Shown: in pieces, positions 42,801 through 57,476 of the stretch | Position numbering within the stretch: position 1 is the stretch's first letter | Layout: every line of letters starts with the position of its first letter | Origin: the human T2T-CHM13v2.0 reference genome, Homo sapiens | Reading direction: 5' to 3' (one strand) | Length of the DNA stretch: 64,000 nucleotides | NCBI RefSeq assembly: GCF_009914755.1 | Contig: NC_060925.1 | Notes under the pieces: generated by a model | Told to the model about the DNA's origin: nothing | The model's input: only the letters and a program-made list of their open reading frames with translations | Database searches by the model: none | Translations under genes and position numbers: made by a program

Positions 42801-45800
42801 TCCTTTGAGGCCGCTGGAAACCCCACAGGGGCTCTGAGAGTCATTGGAACTATCTTCCAGGCCACTCAAGCTTTGTTCAGTAGGTGACTAAAGGGGGACT
42901 TTTCCTTCTCATCAAGGCAATGAGTTCTCCACCTCTTTCTGTCCCTCCCCTTATGCCCAGGGAATTCTTCCAGTTAAGTCAAAATTTACCTGTTGCTATC
43001 TGAGCAATTTCTTCCTATTTGTACCCTTAATGGAGCTGGAGACACAGAGGTACTCTGTACCTGTCATTCATATTCAGAAAATTGAGCCTGTTTCCCTGAC
43101 AGGTGTCCTCTCAGCTCCCTTTCCTTCTTGGGGCTCCTGTTCCCTGCATGAAGAGCAGCCTCTGACCCTCACTCAGAGGAGTCTAGGGAGCTCACCATGA
43201 CTCTGGGAGGCAATCTCTCTGCCCCCTCTCAACTTTTTACTTATTCCTTATCCACATTCCTCCCTTAAGAAGGAGGATGGGGTAGGGATGGCATGAGGAC
43301 ACTTACTAGATACAGAACTAGATTCAGAGGTGAGTGTCTCACTGTCCTCTGTCTCCTATAGTAACTAACTGCCCGAGCACAGCAGGGAAAGCTGAAGTTA
43401 CATACATTGAGCAGTTCTCTTTCTCCAGTAGGGAACATTTGGAGCAAAAGAATCACACCAGAGTATAAGGGCTGGGGGAGGTGTGTTCCTGCATGAAGGA
43501 AGACAGATGGATGAGGCGGCTTAAGGAGAATCCAGTAGCCAGAGGGGAAGCATTTTAGATGAGGGGAAAGGAGAAGGAGTAGAAGGGCCCTGAGGTTCTC
43601 CCATGCAATTTTGATGGGAGGAAACATCATGGAGATTAGCACTCAATAATATTTGCTGATGAGCAAACCAATATCAGCTTAGTTCTCTATCTAACAGAGT
43701 TTCTGCAACTGTGACCCCATCCACCCTCCCAGGCCCCAGCACACCACTGTGCAGTCAGCCCTCAAGTCTCTGGGATCCCAATGGGCCTTCCTCTCTTCCC
43801 TTTTTAGGGCATCTGCTCCCAACTGCTAGAAGATGCTCTGGACCAGAATAGCAGGTGAGCCGTAGATACAGCCTACAGATCCTCGTGCAGACGTAGGATA
43901 ATAACTGGAAAGGCCAGTGCTAGGCAGCATGAAGGACTTATAATTGATAGAGATCCCCAACTCCAAACCCTAGCTAAGAAGGCTGTGGGGTTACTTTCCA
44001 GTGATCCAGAGTTCGTAGCAGGAGTGGGGCCGGTAGGAGGGTGGGAAGTGAAAGGAGGTAGGCTCACTCTGCCTAGGGGTAGTGCAAGGGTCAAAGTGAC
44101 CTTCGGAGGTTCTTTCTAGACCCAGAAGCCCACTTAAGGCTCCTAGACCCGTTCTTCTCCCCACCCCTTCCCCTCACCATGCCCCCACTCCTTCCCAAAA
44201 AAAGGTGGCTAAAAGACAGCTCTGTTGGAATTGTAGATAGGGTTGGGGGTGGGGTCATCTGAGTGAAACCAAGAGACAAATAGTTGGGGGAAAAACACAA
44301 AAAAACTAGCGGTGAGAGACCTCCATTCTAGTCCCAGCCTTGCCACCAGCTGCCTGGACACCATCATCTTACCTCTCAGAGCCTTGCTGGGAAAATGATA
44401 ACTGTTCCATCTACCTCCCAGGGCCAGGAAGGGCTAGGAAATATCTATGTGCCCTGGGCAAATGCAAAGACGGACACACTGGACCTGTGCCAGCGAGGCC
44501 AGGTGGGGCTTTAGTTATTCACATAGAGCTCAGTCCAGGGTACTTGACTCAGCTCTGGGGTGGGGGGCCTGGCCCACCTAACTGCTTCCATGGTTGAGGC
44601 AGGAATGGGAGCATTGCTTAGAGTGCAGCAAGAGGCTGTGTCCATGGTTAACGTATAAGCAGGTGCAGTCTGGGGCAGCGGGACATTCTTAGCCCCAGGG
44701 CCACATTCTTAAGGTCACAACAAGTGCAAACTTGTTATAACCAGTGTCAGAGCAGCAGAGGGCAGCAAGGGCATGGGGGGGAGGGACATGGTGCTGAGAT
44801 GCCTGCGGCCGTGGAGGGGGTGCAAAAGGGAAAGGGGGGTGGGGTGGAGGGAGGGTGGGTGTGCAGGTGCATATGCCAGGAGGTGGTGTTGTGGACGTGC
44901 GATCTGTGTGCTGGGGTCAGTGTGTTGTGTCTGGGCACATCCGTTTGGGTGTGTGTTGGGAGCCGTGTGTGGGGCCGCATAGATGAGTGTATGCCTGTGT
45001 GTCTCTGCATATATGAGCCCCGGGGAGTCCTGTAGTGGGAGGAGGAGAGGTGGCAGCCACAGGTCCAGGCTGGGCATACGGAACCGAGAAGTGGGCAGGC
45101 TCTGAGTGCCCCTTCCCCTTCTCAGGCCTCAGAGAACCTGCATTCCAACTCCTCCACAGACTGCCCCTGCCCCTGTGAGCCTAGGGCCTCTCCCCTCTGT
45201 GTGCCCTCTGCAGCCTGCCCTGTCAAATGCCCATCTCCCCAGCCTGCCCAGAGAGTGGGGGAGTCACCTCCTGCCCATCCCCCCTGGCCCAGGGCCCACT
45301 CCCCCGTGCTCTCTGGGCCCTCCGGACACTGGGGCGAAGGGGGGGTGGTGGGGAAGGCTCTGAAAGCAGGTGACTGTTTGGGGGAACTAGGGGACAGAGC
45401 CCCCATTGTGCCTGCCCCGGAGCCGCCTCAATGGAGCTCCCTGGCACAAAGGGGCTTTGACAATGGGCAGGACATTAGTATGCAGAGCCAGCCCCTCAGC
45501 CCTCTCCCTGTCCCACAGCCGAGGGGCGGGAGCTGGGGGACTGCTGGTAGAGGGTGAGGGGGGCCCAGGACTGAGACTAAGGAGATCTTGGCCCACAGGG
45601 GCTCCCCTGGGGGCACTGCCCAGGAGACAGGGGAGGAGACTAGACTAGGGCCTCCAAACCTGCCACTCGCCAGAAAGGACTTTCCAAATGGAAAAAGCCA
45701 CGGGGACTGGTAGGAGTGGAGCGGGAGGGGCTGCGGGATGCCAAGCCCCTTGGTCCCAGGCTGGGCTCTAGAAAGAAGTGGGTGGGCAGTCTAAGTCCTC

Positions 45801-46929
45801 CCACGTTTTGCCTCAGTTTTACCATCTATGCAAAGGAATTTTGTGGGCAGGAGAAGAAAAACAGAGTAATACATAGCAAGTTCCCCAACCCCAGCAGGAA
45901 GGGCATGTGCTCAGGGTTTGGGGTCTTTGGGGTTCTACTTCCTTGGGGTGCCACCTTCTTTGAGATCTCCACCTGCTCTGGTTCTGGAGGCTGAAGAAGC
46001 TACTACAGGGGAAGCAGGGGTTAGGGACAAGAGTCGCCTGCCACCTGTGCTCTTCCAGGGAATTCAACCTGAACTAGTGAAGGTGGAGCTGGAAGCCCAG
46101 CTCAGGGGAATTTGACTGAAGGGCCAATGAGCCAGGACTAGCTCTTCCCAGTATATGTCTAACTCCCCATCTGCCTCCTCCTGTTCTACAATCTGTGAGG
46201 AGAAGCTTCCCTTCTCCTGCCCAGGGAACCCCAGCAGGCACCCCTATCCTCATTAATGCCCTCAGCACCACCAACTGGCTTTTCCAAGGCACCATGTTGT
46301 GCCTTGTGGTGCCTCAGCACAAAGGGCAGGGCCAGAAGGCATGATCTGGGGAGGGGCTCCTGGGCCTTGGGTGGTGGGAGAGCTGAGAGGAGGGCAGTGA
46401 GCGGGACTGAGCACCTCATGAGAAGCAGGGTTGCCCAATCACAGACTTCCTACGAGCCCCAGGAAGAGAAGGCCGGGGACACTTTGCAGAACTGCTCCCC
46501 ACACGGCAAGACAGAACAATCTCTGGGCTTGAAAATGTCTTCCTAGCTTTCTTTCTCCTCTTTTCAGTTGCTGTCAGTATCGGAAGTTCTCCCTGCTGTC
46601 TGCCCTCAAGGCTTCCCACTGTACTGCCCTGGCCCTGGGCTCACCTGAGATTGCTGGGGAAAAGAAAGGTAAAGTCTGCTTCTTTCCCCGTCTTAGGACC
46701 TTGCTCCTCCACTCTCCACAAAAAAATTCTGGCGGGGAGAGCAGAGATGGAGCTAGGCCTTAGAACTCCTGGGTTCGGGGCCCAACAACCCTGTCAACTC
46801 TCTCTGGGAACTTGCACAGGTCACTTTCCCTCTCTGGGCTGAGCTCCTATGTGTAGCATTGGATGGATCTCCTCTGCAGCTCCCTGCCTTCGGGACAATG
46901 CGCAGTGGATTCAGGGGCAAGGCTCCGGA

Positions 46930-47120
46930 ATTTAATGAGAGCTCACATCATTGAGCTCTACGCTGAGCCCTTTCCTATTATGTCATTTAATTCTCAACAA
47001 CTCTAAAGGTGGGTGCTTTTTAAAGTCCCATTTTATAGATGAGAAAACTGAAGCACAGAGATATTAATAATTTGCCCATGGCCACATAGCTAGTGAGTAG
47101 TAGAACAGAGGCAGAACTTA
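46930..47120 (-). mobile_element. MIR
   Basis: cccattttatagatgagaaaactgaagcacagaga core. Confidence 0.7.
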
Positions 47121-47252
47121 ACATGATGAACCACTACCCCATACTACCTCCCTGGTGAGAACATTCAAAAGACCATGGCAGCTGAAGGAAATCAACGAGG
47201 ATATTCAAATTGGCCCAGGTTTTTGAAACTGTCTTCTAAGGTTCCTCTAGAC

Positions 47253-47752
47253 TAGCAGTTCTCAAAGTATGGTCCCTGGACCCTTTCGGAGGGTTCCTGA
47301 GACCCTTTCGGAGGCTCTACAAAGTCAAACCTATCTTCATAATAATGCTAACAATACATTATTTGCCCTTTTCACTTTCATTATTTCACAGTGTTCAGTA
47401 GAGTTTTCCAGAAGGTACATGACCTATGATATTGCAACACACTAAATGCAGAAGCAGATGAGAAAGCAACTGTCTTTGATTAAGCCAGATGTTTAAAAAG
47501 ACTTGTGAAAATATAAGACAATGTCACTCTTCTTATTAACTTTTTGTTTACTTTAATACAGCTGTTTTTCATTAAAAATACGTCATTTTGTTAACATGCA
47601 AAAATTAATAATTATTTCATGTGTCCCAGTGTTCATTTCTAACACAGTAAATGTTCATAGATAGAACCCACACAAACCAAAGCTCTTTGGAGTCTTCAGT
47701 AACTTTTTAGAATGTAAAGTGGTCCTGAGGTCAAAAAGTTTAAAAACCAGTG
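47253..47752 (+). mobile_element. hAT-Charlie non-autonomous DNA transposon (Charlie4a-like), full length
   Basis: TIR-like ends tagcagttctcaaa ... tttaaaaaccagtg; perfect 8-bp TSD CTCTAGAC at 47245-47252 and 47753-47760. Confidence 0.85.
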
Positions 47753-50700
47753 CTCTAGACTCTAATACACTCACCCTCTCCTCTTACCAGTTGCCCATAT
47801 CTTTTTTATCACAGGGTCAACCGGGAGGTTTAGACACGTGGAGAAGGAGTGTGCCTGGCTCTACCAGTTGGAACTGGGATCAGAAGTGGAGCTGAGGAGG
47901 CTGGTCCAGGGAGAATGCAGTGCTAAGAGGTCAGACCTATACCCCACTTGGGAGGTGACCTCACATGTCTGCCACCTTGCAAGCCCCTGCTCAGAGGTAT
48001 GCTCAGGACAATGGGGCTGCCTCAGACTAGACTCTGACCTTTATCCCCCTTTTTCATTCCAGACGATGCTGCTGACAAGCCCGGCCTCAGGCTGGAGTCA
48101 GACTGCCCTGGTGAGGGGAGAAAGGCTCTCTGGGGCCTACATACCTGCATTTGTGTTGGGGGGGTGGGTGGAGCAACAATGCTTAGAAGACTATAAATTG
48201 GGGGTTCTAGGGCTTGTAATCTTAGGGTGAAGCCATGTCTACAGGATGGGGTCGTTAGTAGGAGAGGGGTTTCTCTTGAGATCTCCTATAGAATTAGATA
48301 ATAGGATCCTATACACACCCTGCTGCAGGATGCTCACATAAACCTCCAAAGTCAGGCTCCTTCCCCAAGAATAAGCGATCAGAAATGTTTCCTACCTAGA
48401 GTCAAACTGGACAGTAGCTACTCTGTGTCTTAGGAGGCAGGCCCTTTGCTGGGTGCCAGAGGGTCCAGAGAGAGAAGAGATGCCTTTGCCAATCTGACGG
48501 AGGTACAGGCCTCACCCTAGAGGAAACCCCCGGCTAATGAGGGAGACAAGTCTCCTCCAACATCGCCATGCATGGAGAACCCTGGGCCAAGTTGCAGATG
48601 CAAGTAACAAGCAAGATGGCAGAGCAGAGAGGGAAACAGGAGAATAGAGATCTGCGGGAGGGGTGAGACTTGGAATGGCCTTTGTGAGGGTCCAGAGTGT
48701 GGGGAGGAGCATGGCTCAGAGACTGCCTGGGATATGCTCCCCAGGATCAGGGTCTGAAGAGTGCAGTTCCACAAGATATGGGGCTGGAGGGGATGGGAGA
48801 AAGGCATAAAGTCTCTTGAAGCCTGTGATTGGGAAATTTTTATCCAATGCCAACAGATGTGTCTGGGTAGAGAAAGGGCAAGATAAAACTGATGCTTCAT
48901 GATGACAATTCCAGTGATAATTTCATTATAGGGTAACAGGGAAGGAGTCGAGGAGAGAGGGGGCTGGAGTCAGGGAGGTCATTAAGGAGGCTGCTGTGGG
49001 CATCCAGGCTGATGGGATGAACAAGCCAATCAGGAGACACAAGAAGAGAAGGGCATATAAACCTGAGAGAAGTTGTGGGGGCAAACCTGGGCCGGGAGAG
49101 GGAGAGGCAGGATGAAGAATACAAGAGCGATAGGCAGGACCATGGGAGCAGGAATGAGATGTGGGGGTTGTCTTGACCGACAGAAGAAGTCTCTGACAGA
49201 AGTCTTTGGCTGAAAGAGAAGTTGCTGAGAATGGGGAAAGAGACTATTTGGTGAAAGCTCAACCACTCAGTTCTCATTTATTGAATCTGAAGACAGGACA
49301 TCTGCTTGGCAAAAACTTGTGGAAAGCAGGGGCTGTGGGTGTGGAGACCCCACCTCAAGTGATGCCCAGCCTATTGGAATCAAGGAAGGAAATGCATCTT
49401 AAACTGCTTGATAATTCTTCTACCTTCCCAAACTCCAGAAGGGTGGGAAGAAAAAACCTAGGACAGAATCTCAAAACAAAACAAAGCAAAACCCACAAAG
49501 AAGGGCTGGGACAAAGCCCAGGAACAAGGAAAGATGACACAGTAGAAAACATTAGAGTGGTGGGAGAAAAGCAATGGCCCACAACTCCACTTTTTACAGA
49601 CTAAGGACCATTCCAAGCCCCTTACGGTAGTCACTGTGCATCCTCACAGCAGTTATGAGCCCTATTGTGAGGATGGGACTTCCTTAGCTACTAAGTGGTA
49701 AACCAGGACCGAATCCCACAAAGTCAGACTCCAAGGCCATGCTCTTAACCATAGTGCCTGCTGTCTCTCAGAGCGGAAAGTAGCCCTGGAACAGCAAGAG
49801 AGAGGTGCAGCAGCCACCCAGGGGAGGCCCCTGACAGTTGTCACAATAATCCCTGCACTCTGAGCTCCATCACTCCTCTCGGAAGCTTTAAGGATGGGCT
49901 TCTGTGTTTGGGGATTTTGTTGGTGGTTTTTGTTTTGTTTTGGTTGGTTTTTTTGGTCCAGAAAGTGGTCTCTCTTTCCTTCCCAGTCTCCATTTCAAAT
50001 GTCTTTCCTTTTCTAGGATGTGCTTCCTGAGATCTAACCTAAGTCCTTCTAGCTGCAGCCACAATCCTTTCCCCAGGTGTTGTGCCATCGGAAAAGTTGC
50101 ACAATGGCCATGTATACCCTTTCTGTGCTGCACCTTGTTGGAGGCTTGAGGTCTGATTCAGTCCTCTTCTAGCTCCTGCTTCTCCAACCTCCTTCTCCAT
50201 GCCACAAAGTTCTGTTCTTACTTCTCTCTCACATTCCAGAGCCAGCCCCTCCCTTCCCCCACCACCTCAAATCCAGGCTCCAAGCTGGCAAACACCCACG
50301 GGAGGGCATTTCCCACAATCCCTTTCTCTTTGCCCTTTCAAGGTTCTGATGGGGGAGGGGAGGAAGAGGGGCCACCAGATGCACTCTCTCCCTAAAGAAT
50401 GGTGGCAAACATGTAGGCTAAACTCAAATGAGGGAAGAAAAGCATTGAACTCAGCCTGCTGGAGAGACCGAGGTGACATGGCAAACTCCCATTCCCAGGA
50501 GCTGCCCAGCCAACCACCCACCATTGGGTGCTAAAACACTTAGATTTTAAATCTCCCTTTCCTCTCCAATCTTTCTGTAGTTTCATCTCAACGATGTGCC
50601 TTGGCTGATTCCTTCTCTGCCCCCTTCCAGGGCCCCACTGCTATCCTGGACAGCTTGGCCTCAGCCTGGACAGTAGCACTGACCAGTCAGGCAAGAGAAG

Positions 50701-53039
50701 AATCTAGGCCGAGGAGGGGAGGGAGAGTGGAGGTTTTTTTCTTCCGTCCTAAATAACCTGTGGCTGGAAAGCTTAGGGACTCCATTGCCCAATGTCTCTT
50801 TTCCTCCCCACCAATGCCAGGAGGCTCGGCCTATCTTTCCATCTTGTGTGCAGAAACCAAGAGTTTTACCAGGAGGCTCAGGAGTATCCTTTGAGGAAAC
50901 AGATCTTTCTGCATGACCCACCCCCTAGAGCTTTAAACCCCCTATCCTGCCAATCACAGAATGACTCCAGAGGACTTCATCTGAGCCCACCGTGATCCAA
51001 GTGTCCCAGCCTCTCTGGTCCCAAGGAAGGTCAAGGGAAGGAAGGTCCCCGGGTCCTCTGCCAGTCACTTCCTTGTAGCTCAAGCCAACCAAGCTGGAGC
51101 TGTAAATGAGCTTATGCACAGTGATGCAGGTGGGAGGGAGCTAGAATGTGGTTCAATGGGGCACACGGAGGAGGTAGGGGATACCAGCGGGCAGATCATT
51201 AATCCCCTCACACAAACATATGCACCCATAGACTGGATGTGGGTCAGATGTTGGGGAAGATGGATTTATTTTTTCCTCAGGGTAAGGGATAGCAGAGGGG
51301 TTCTGCATTAGAGCCACAGAGGGGCTGGAACCATAACCCTGCTACCCCTGCCACTCCCACTCCCCACCCACCCTCCATCGGTGGAGTCATTGCCATTTGA
51401 TATCCGCTGAGACAACTTGGCTGCTCAGGCTCTGAGTGGGGGGTGGGGGGATGGCTCAGAAAACAGCAGCTCCTTTCAGGACCCAGGTTGGCAAGGGCTT
51501 TGGGAGGCTGGACCAGCCCAGATCACCCCCCAACACCCTCTCCCTCCCTTCCTCCCTTGCCACCACCACCAAAGGACTGGGGGAAGGCAGCGGGGAAAGG
51601 AGTTGGCACTGCCTGGGCCGTGCCTATTGCCTCCACAATCCAGCCCTGGACCCTCTCCCTGGCATGATGCCTTCCATCCCCCTCCTCCCTCGTTTCTTCC
51701 TCCCTGAAGAACCAGCTATGAGTCAGGATGCCTGGTTCCTTCCAAACTTGGTCCCCTATACCCAGTCTACCCCCAGAGAAATTTACAAGCCCTACCACTT
51801 GGCACAGGATGGTACCCACCATCATGCCAGGAATATGTTCAAAAATCCTTGGAGATTAGGGAGAGAGTTTCAGGATGAAACTAAATTGAACTCACTGGTG
51901 GCTGCCCACCCCTCCTGGGGCTAATTTCATGACAACCACTCCAGGCCCTCCTCAGCACCCTTAAACAAGGCCATCTCTCACATGGGGGCCCTAAATCTCC
52001 TGTCATTATCTCCCTCCCACCCAGGCAGCCTAAAGCAGTCCCAGTGGGGAGAAAAAAAATTCAAACACCACAGCAAGAGCAGACTGGCCAGACATCTTTA
52101 GTCAGAATTTGTATTGGTAAGCAACAGAGGCAGGCTTTAAGCACTGGCCTCTTTGGGGTCCAAATCTGCACCAGCTTCTTCCCCATCTGCCTCACCCTGC
52201 CTGGGGCACTCACTGGAATTAAACTTCAAGACACCAGAACCCACCCTCACTTTTTCCCAGTGTTGTCCTTCTACCCATTCCTGGGTTCAGCTCTCCTCCC
52301 CCAAATCAGGAAGTTCCATCCTTCATCTGTTCCCTAACACAGGTGCCCTGGGTTAGTTCTGATGAGAGGAGGGATGGAATGGGAAGGGGCGTCTCCATCT
52401 GGAGGGTGAGTTTATAGAACCCAATCTGCCCTTCTCACTCTAGCAGAAGTGGCCCTGCTCCTTTCCTTCTGGAAATCCCAGTGCGAAACAGCTGGGGTGA
52501 GGGTGAGGGGCCATGAGGAGGGATGTCTTAAAATGGGAGCCACTCAGAATAGAAGGAAGAGATTGGGTGGGCAGGGGTCTGGAGCACACCAGGCTTTGGT
52601 GGCTCCCCGGTTTAAGCTGCCAGTATCTGTTTTTCTCCCCATGTGGGAACTAGCGATCATGGGTGTCACTATGTGATTGTCACTGTATGGGGAGTGGGGG
52701 AGGGGATGGGGATGGGAGTAACCTGTCCATATGGGGAGGAGGGCGCACTGTCTGTTGTGCCTGTGTATGGGGTGCCTGGTTATGTGTGGTTGTCACTGTA
52801 TTAACTAGAGGAGCAGGGATGCAACTGCTGGTCTGCCCAGTGGGAGGGGGCATCGGGAAAGCCCCTTCCTTAGATGAAAGGGCTGAGGTGACCAGCCTGG
52901 CTAGTTTCCTCGTGGGGAGCCCTTCCCAGGAGGCTCCATTTGGGACTACCCAAGGCGGGAGGCAGGGGAACAAGACGGTGGTACCGCTGAGGCCAGGCAG
53001 GGTAGGGACTGAGGATCTGGGACCCCGATGTCTCTGGAG

Positions 53040-53960
53040 AGTTAGGGGGACAGGACCCGGCCGGGGCGGCAGAACTCCTTCATCAGGGCCAGGGTCTTAC
53101 CTTGGGTCCGAGGTGGAGTGGCCCCTTGGATGGGCCGCGGGGCAGCGGGACAGATGGACGGACGGGGCGGGCAGGAGTTAGGAGCAGAGCTGTGCGACGG
53201 GCCGGGCCAGGACTCTTAAACCCGGAGCTGGGATCAGATAAGGGCTTGTCCGGGGGCCGGGGCCGGGGTCGGGCCGGCCGGGGGCAGAGCTGGGCCGGGC
53301 CGGGCCGCCCCCTCCCTCCGCAGCGCCGGAGCCAAACTTTGTGTGAATGGAGGGGCCCGGAGGGGGGCCGGGCAGGCGGGGGCGGGGGGCTCCGAACAGA
53401 CCAATGGGAGAGTGGAGCGCCAGGCTCGAGCCGCCGAGATTGGAGGGTCTTGGGCAGGGGGCGGGGCGTGCGGGGCAAGGAAGCGGAGACCCAGACAGCT
53501 GCAGGCGCAGAGAGAAATATCCAAAGACAGAGACCCAGACAGACCCGGGGAGAAAGAGAGATGAAGAGACGATATGCGAAACGATAGGAGCTGAGCTGGC
53601 AGGGTGACAGGGGAAGGGAGAAGGAAGAAAAGGGAGGCGGTCCTGTCAGCGATGGGTTACGAGAGCTGGAGCCGGGGGGCGGGACTGGGACCGAGTTAAC
53701 GAAGTGGAAATGAATTCAGGACCGGCCCAGTGGCCCTGCAGGCAGCGCCGAAGGCGGCGCCTGGAAGTGAGATTGGGGCGGAGTAGGCCTGGGCTCCCTG
53801 AGCCACAGGACTGTATCTTTGGGCACAATTCCCGTGTTGTTCACCGTCTCCTAAGTCCCAGGTGCGGTGCTGGGTGAGAGACGCGCAGCACACGGTGCCC
53901 ACCTGCAGCGGCTTTCTCTGTAAGGAAAGATAAGGCCGGAACCCTCAGCGAAGTGCGGGA
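53040..53960. promoter_or_regulatory. KCNJ10 CpG-island promoter
   Basis: Dense CpG; GC boxes (GGGGCGG near 53164, 53378, 53457); CCAAT boxes at 53401 (+) and ~53438 (-); GATA motif near 53236. Confidence 0.85.
53101..53240 (-). other. KCNJ10: KCNJ10 non-coding exon 1 (5' boundary approximate)
   Basis: Strong donor CCAAG|GTAAGA at 53101/53100 inside a CpG island, with no ATG in the exon. Consistent with the known two-exon structure. Confidence 0.8.
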
Positions 53961-54559
53961 GGTACTGAAGGCTGTAAAAGGGAGAGGTCATTCTACTCAG
54001 AGGGCTCCTAGCAGATGTGGGAGGAAAGAGGTAACATCTGATTAGGGTCCCAAAGGAAGCAGAAGATTCAGGTGCTGAGAGATGGTCCCCAGGACTCTGT
54101 TGCATTTAAGGCAGAGGGAACAACGTAGCAGAGTCCTGGGGAGACGTGAAAATACAAGTTCACTTGGGAAACAGCATCAAACTGTCCCATTTACTAGATT
54201 AGAGTGCAGGGTGATGGTTCTCAACCCTTTCATCACCAAAGATTTCTTTAATTTTCTGAATCTATGTGTTGAGAGGTTTTAATTCACCCCCACCCCCAGC
54301 ATTTATTTAAAAAGAATATAATTATTTCCTCATTTCTGATCATCATAAACATTTAACTGCTAATCAATAACCAGTGTTACCATATTGAATTGCTATAAAT
54401 TCAGGTAAAAAAAGGAAAGAAACTAGGAATGTAGCTTAGTTTAACCGCTAAAAGCCATAAGATAAGTAAATGTCCATTCAAATAGCCTCATTGGAGAAGC
54501 TGGAAGGACGGGACTAAAGGTTAGGCACCATAGGCAGTGTTTGTGTTAAGGGGAACATC

Positions 54560-56280
<1,721 letters not shown>

Positions 56281-56733
56281 AGCTTGGAGGCTCTGGTGGA
56301 ACTCCAAAATAAACATGAAGAACACCACAGAAGAGAAAGCAAAGGGACTGTAATGATTTATGGATCATTAACAGACATTTATTGTGCACTTATTATTTTT
56401 CCAAAAATGTTATCCATCCATTTAGCTTCAACTACCACCCATGTGTCAATATGTCCAGCCCACCCGGATATCCATTTCAAACTCAACATATTTAAAGTCG
56501 AACATGTCACCTTGCTCACAAGAGTGCTCCTCTCCATTTATTCTCTACCATGGTAGATACACTATCATCACCCAACCAGAAACATGGCAGCCATCCTAGA
56601 TTCTTCAATCTTCCTCACCTCATCTCCCTTATTGAATCAATGCATCTGTATTCTAAATAGCCTCAATATTGTCCCCTTCCTCTCTATTCCACTATCATTG
56701 CTGTAGTCTAGGACACCATTACCTCTCACCAGG

Positions 56734-57476
56734 TAATAATAGTTTGGATCTTTGATCCTGCTCAAATTTCATGCTGGATTTTAATGCCAATGCTGGACAT
56801 GGGCCTGGTGGGAGGTGTTTTGATCATGGGGGCAGGTCCCTCAGCGGCTTGGTGCTATCTTCATGATAGTGAGTTCTCGTGAGATCTGGGTGTTTAAAAG
56901 TATATGGCAACATCCCCCATCATCAACTCTCTCTTGCTCCTGCTTTTGCCATGTGATGTGCCTGCTCCTGCTTTGCCTTCCACCACAAGTAAAAGCTTCC
57001 TGAGGTCTCCTGAGAAGCTGAGCAGATGTCAGCACCATGCTTCCTGTAAATCCTGCAGAACTGTGTGCCAATTAAACCTTTTTTCTTTATAAATTACCCA
57101 CTCTCTGGGTTTTTTTTTTTTTAATTTTTAATCTTTTTTTTTTTTTTGAGACAGGGTTTCACTCTGTCCCCTAGGCTGGAGTGCAGTGGTGTGATCACAG
57201 CTCACTGCAACCCTGAACTCCTGTGCTGAAGTAGTCTTCCTGCCTCAACCTCAAACGTAGCTGGAACTACAGGTGTTCACCATTACACCCAGCTATTTTT
57301 TTTTTTTTTAACTTTCAGTAGAGACGAAGAATCGCTATGTAGATCAGGATGGTCTTGAACTTGTGAGCTCAAGCAGTCCTCCCACCTCAGCCTCCCAAAA
57401 TGCTGGATTACAGGCTTGAGCCACCATGGCCTATCTCAGGTATTTCATTATAGCAATGCAAGAATGGCCTAATACA
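56734..57476 (+). mobile_element. MaLR solo LTR (MSTA/B-like) interrupted by an Alu
   Basis: Typical MST text ending ...ctaataca; 5-bp TSD CCAGG at 56729-56733 and 57477-57481. Confidence 0.88.
57110..57431 (-). mobile_element. Alu (AluJ-like) inside the MST LTR
   Basis: Antisense dimer with poly(T). Confidence 0.92.

Noticed and set aside
52663-53607. Cluster of 85-172 aa ORFs around the KCNJ10 promoter
   Set aside because: Stop-codon scarcity in a CpG island; G/R/P-rich, no domain
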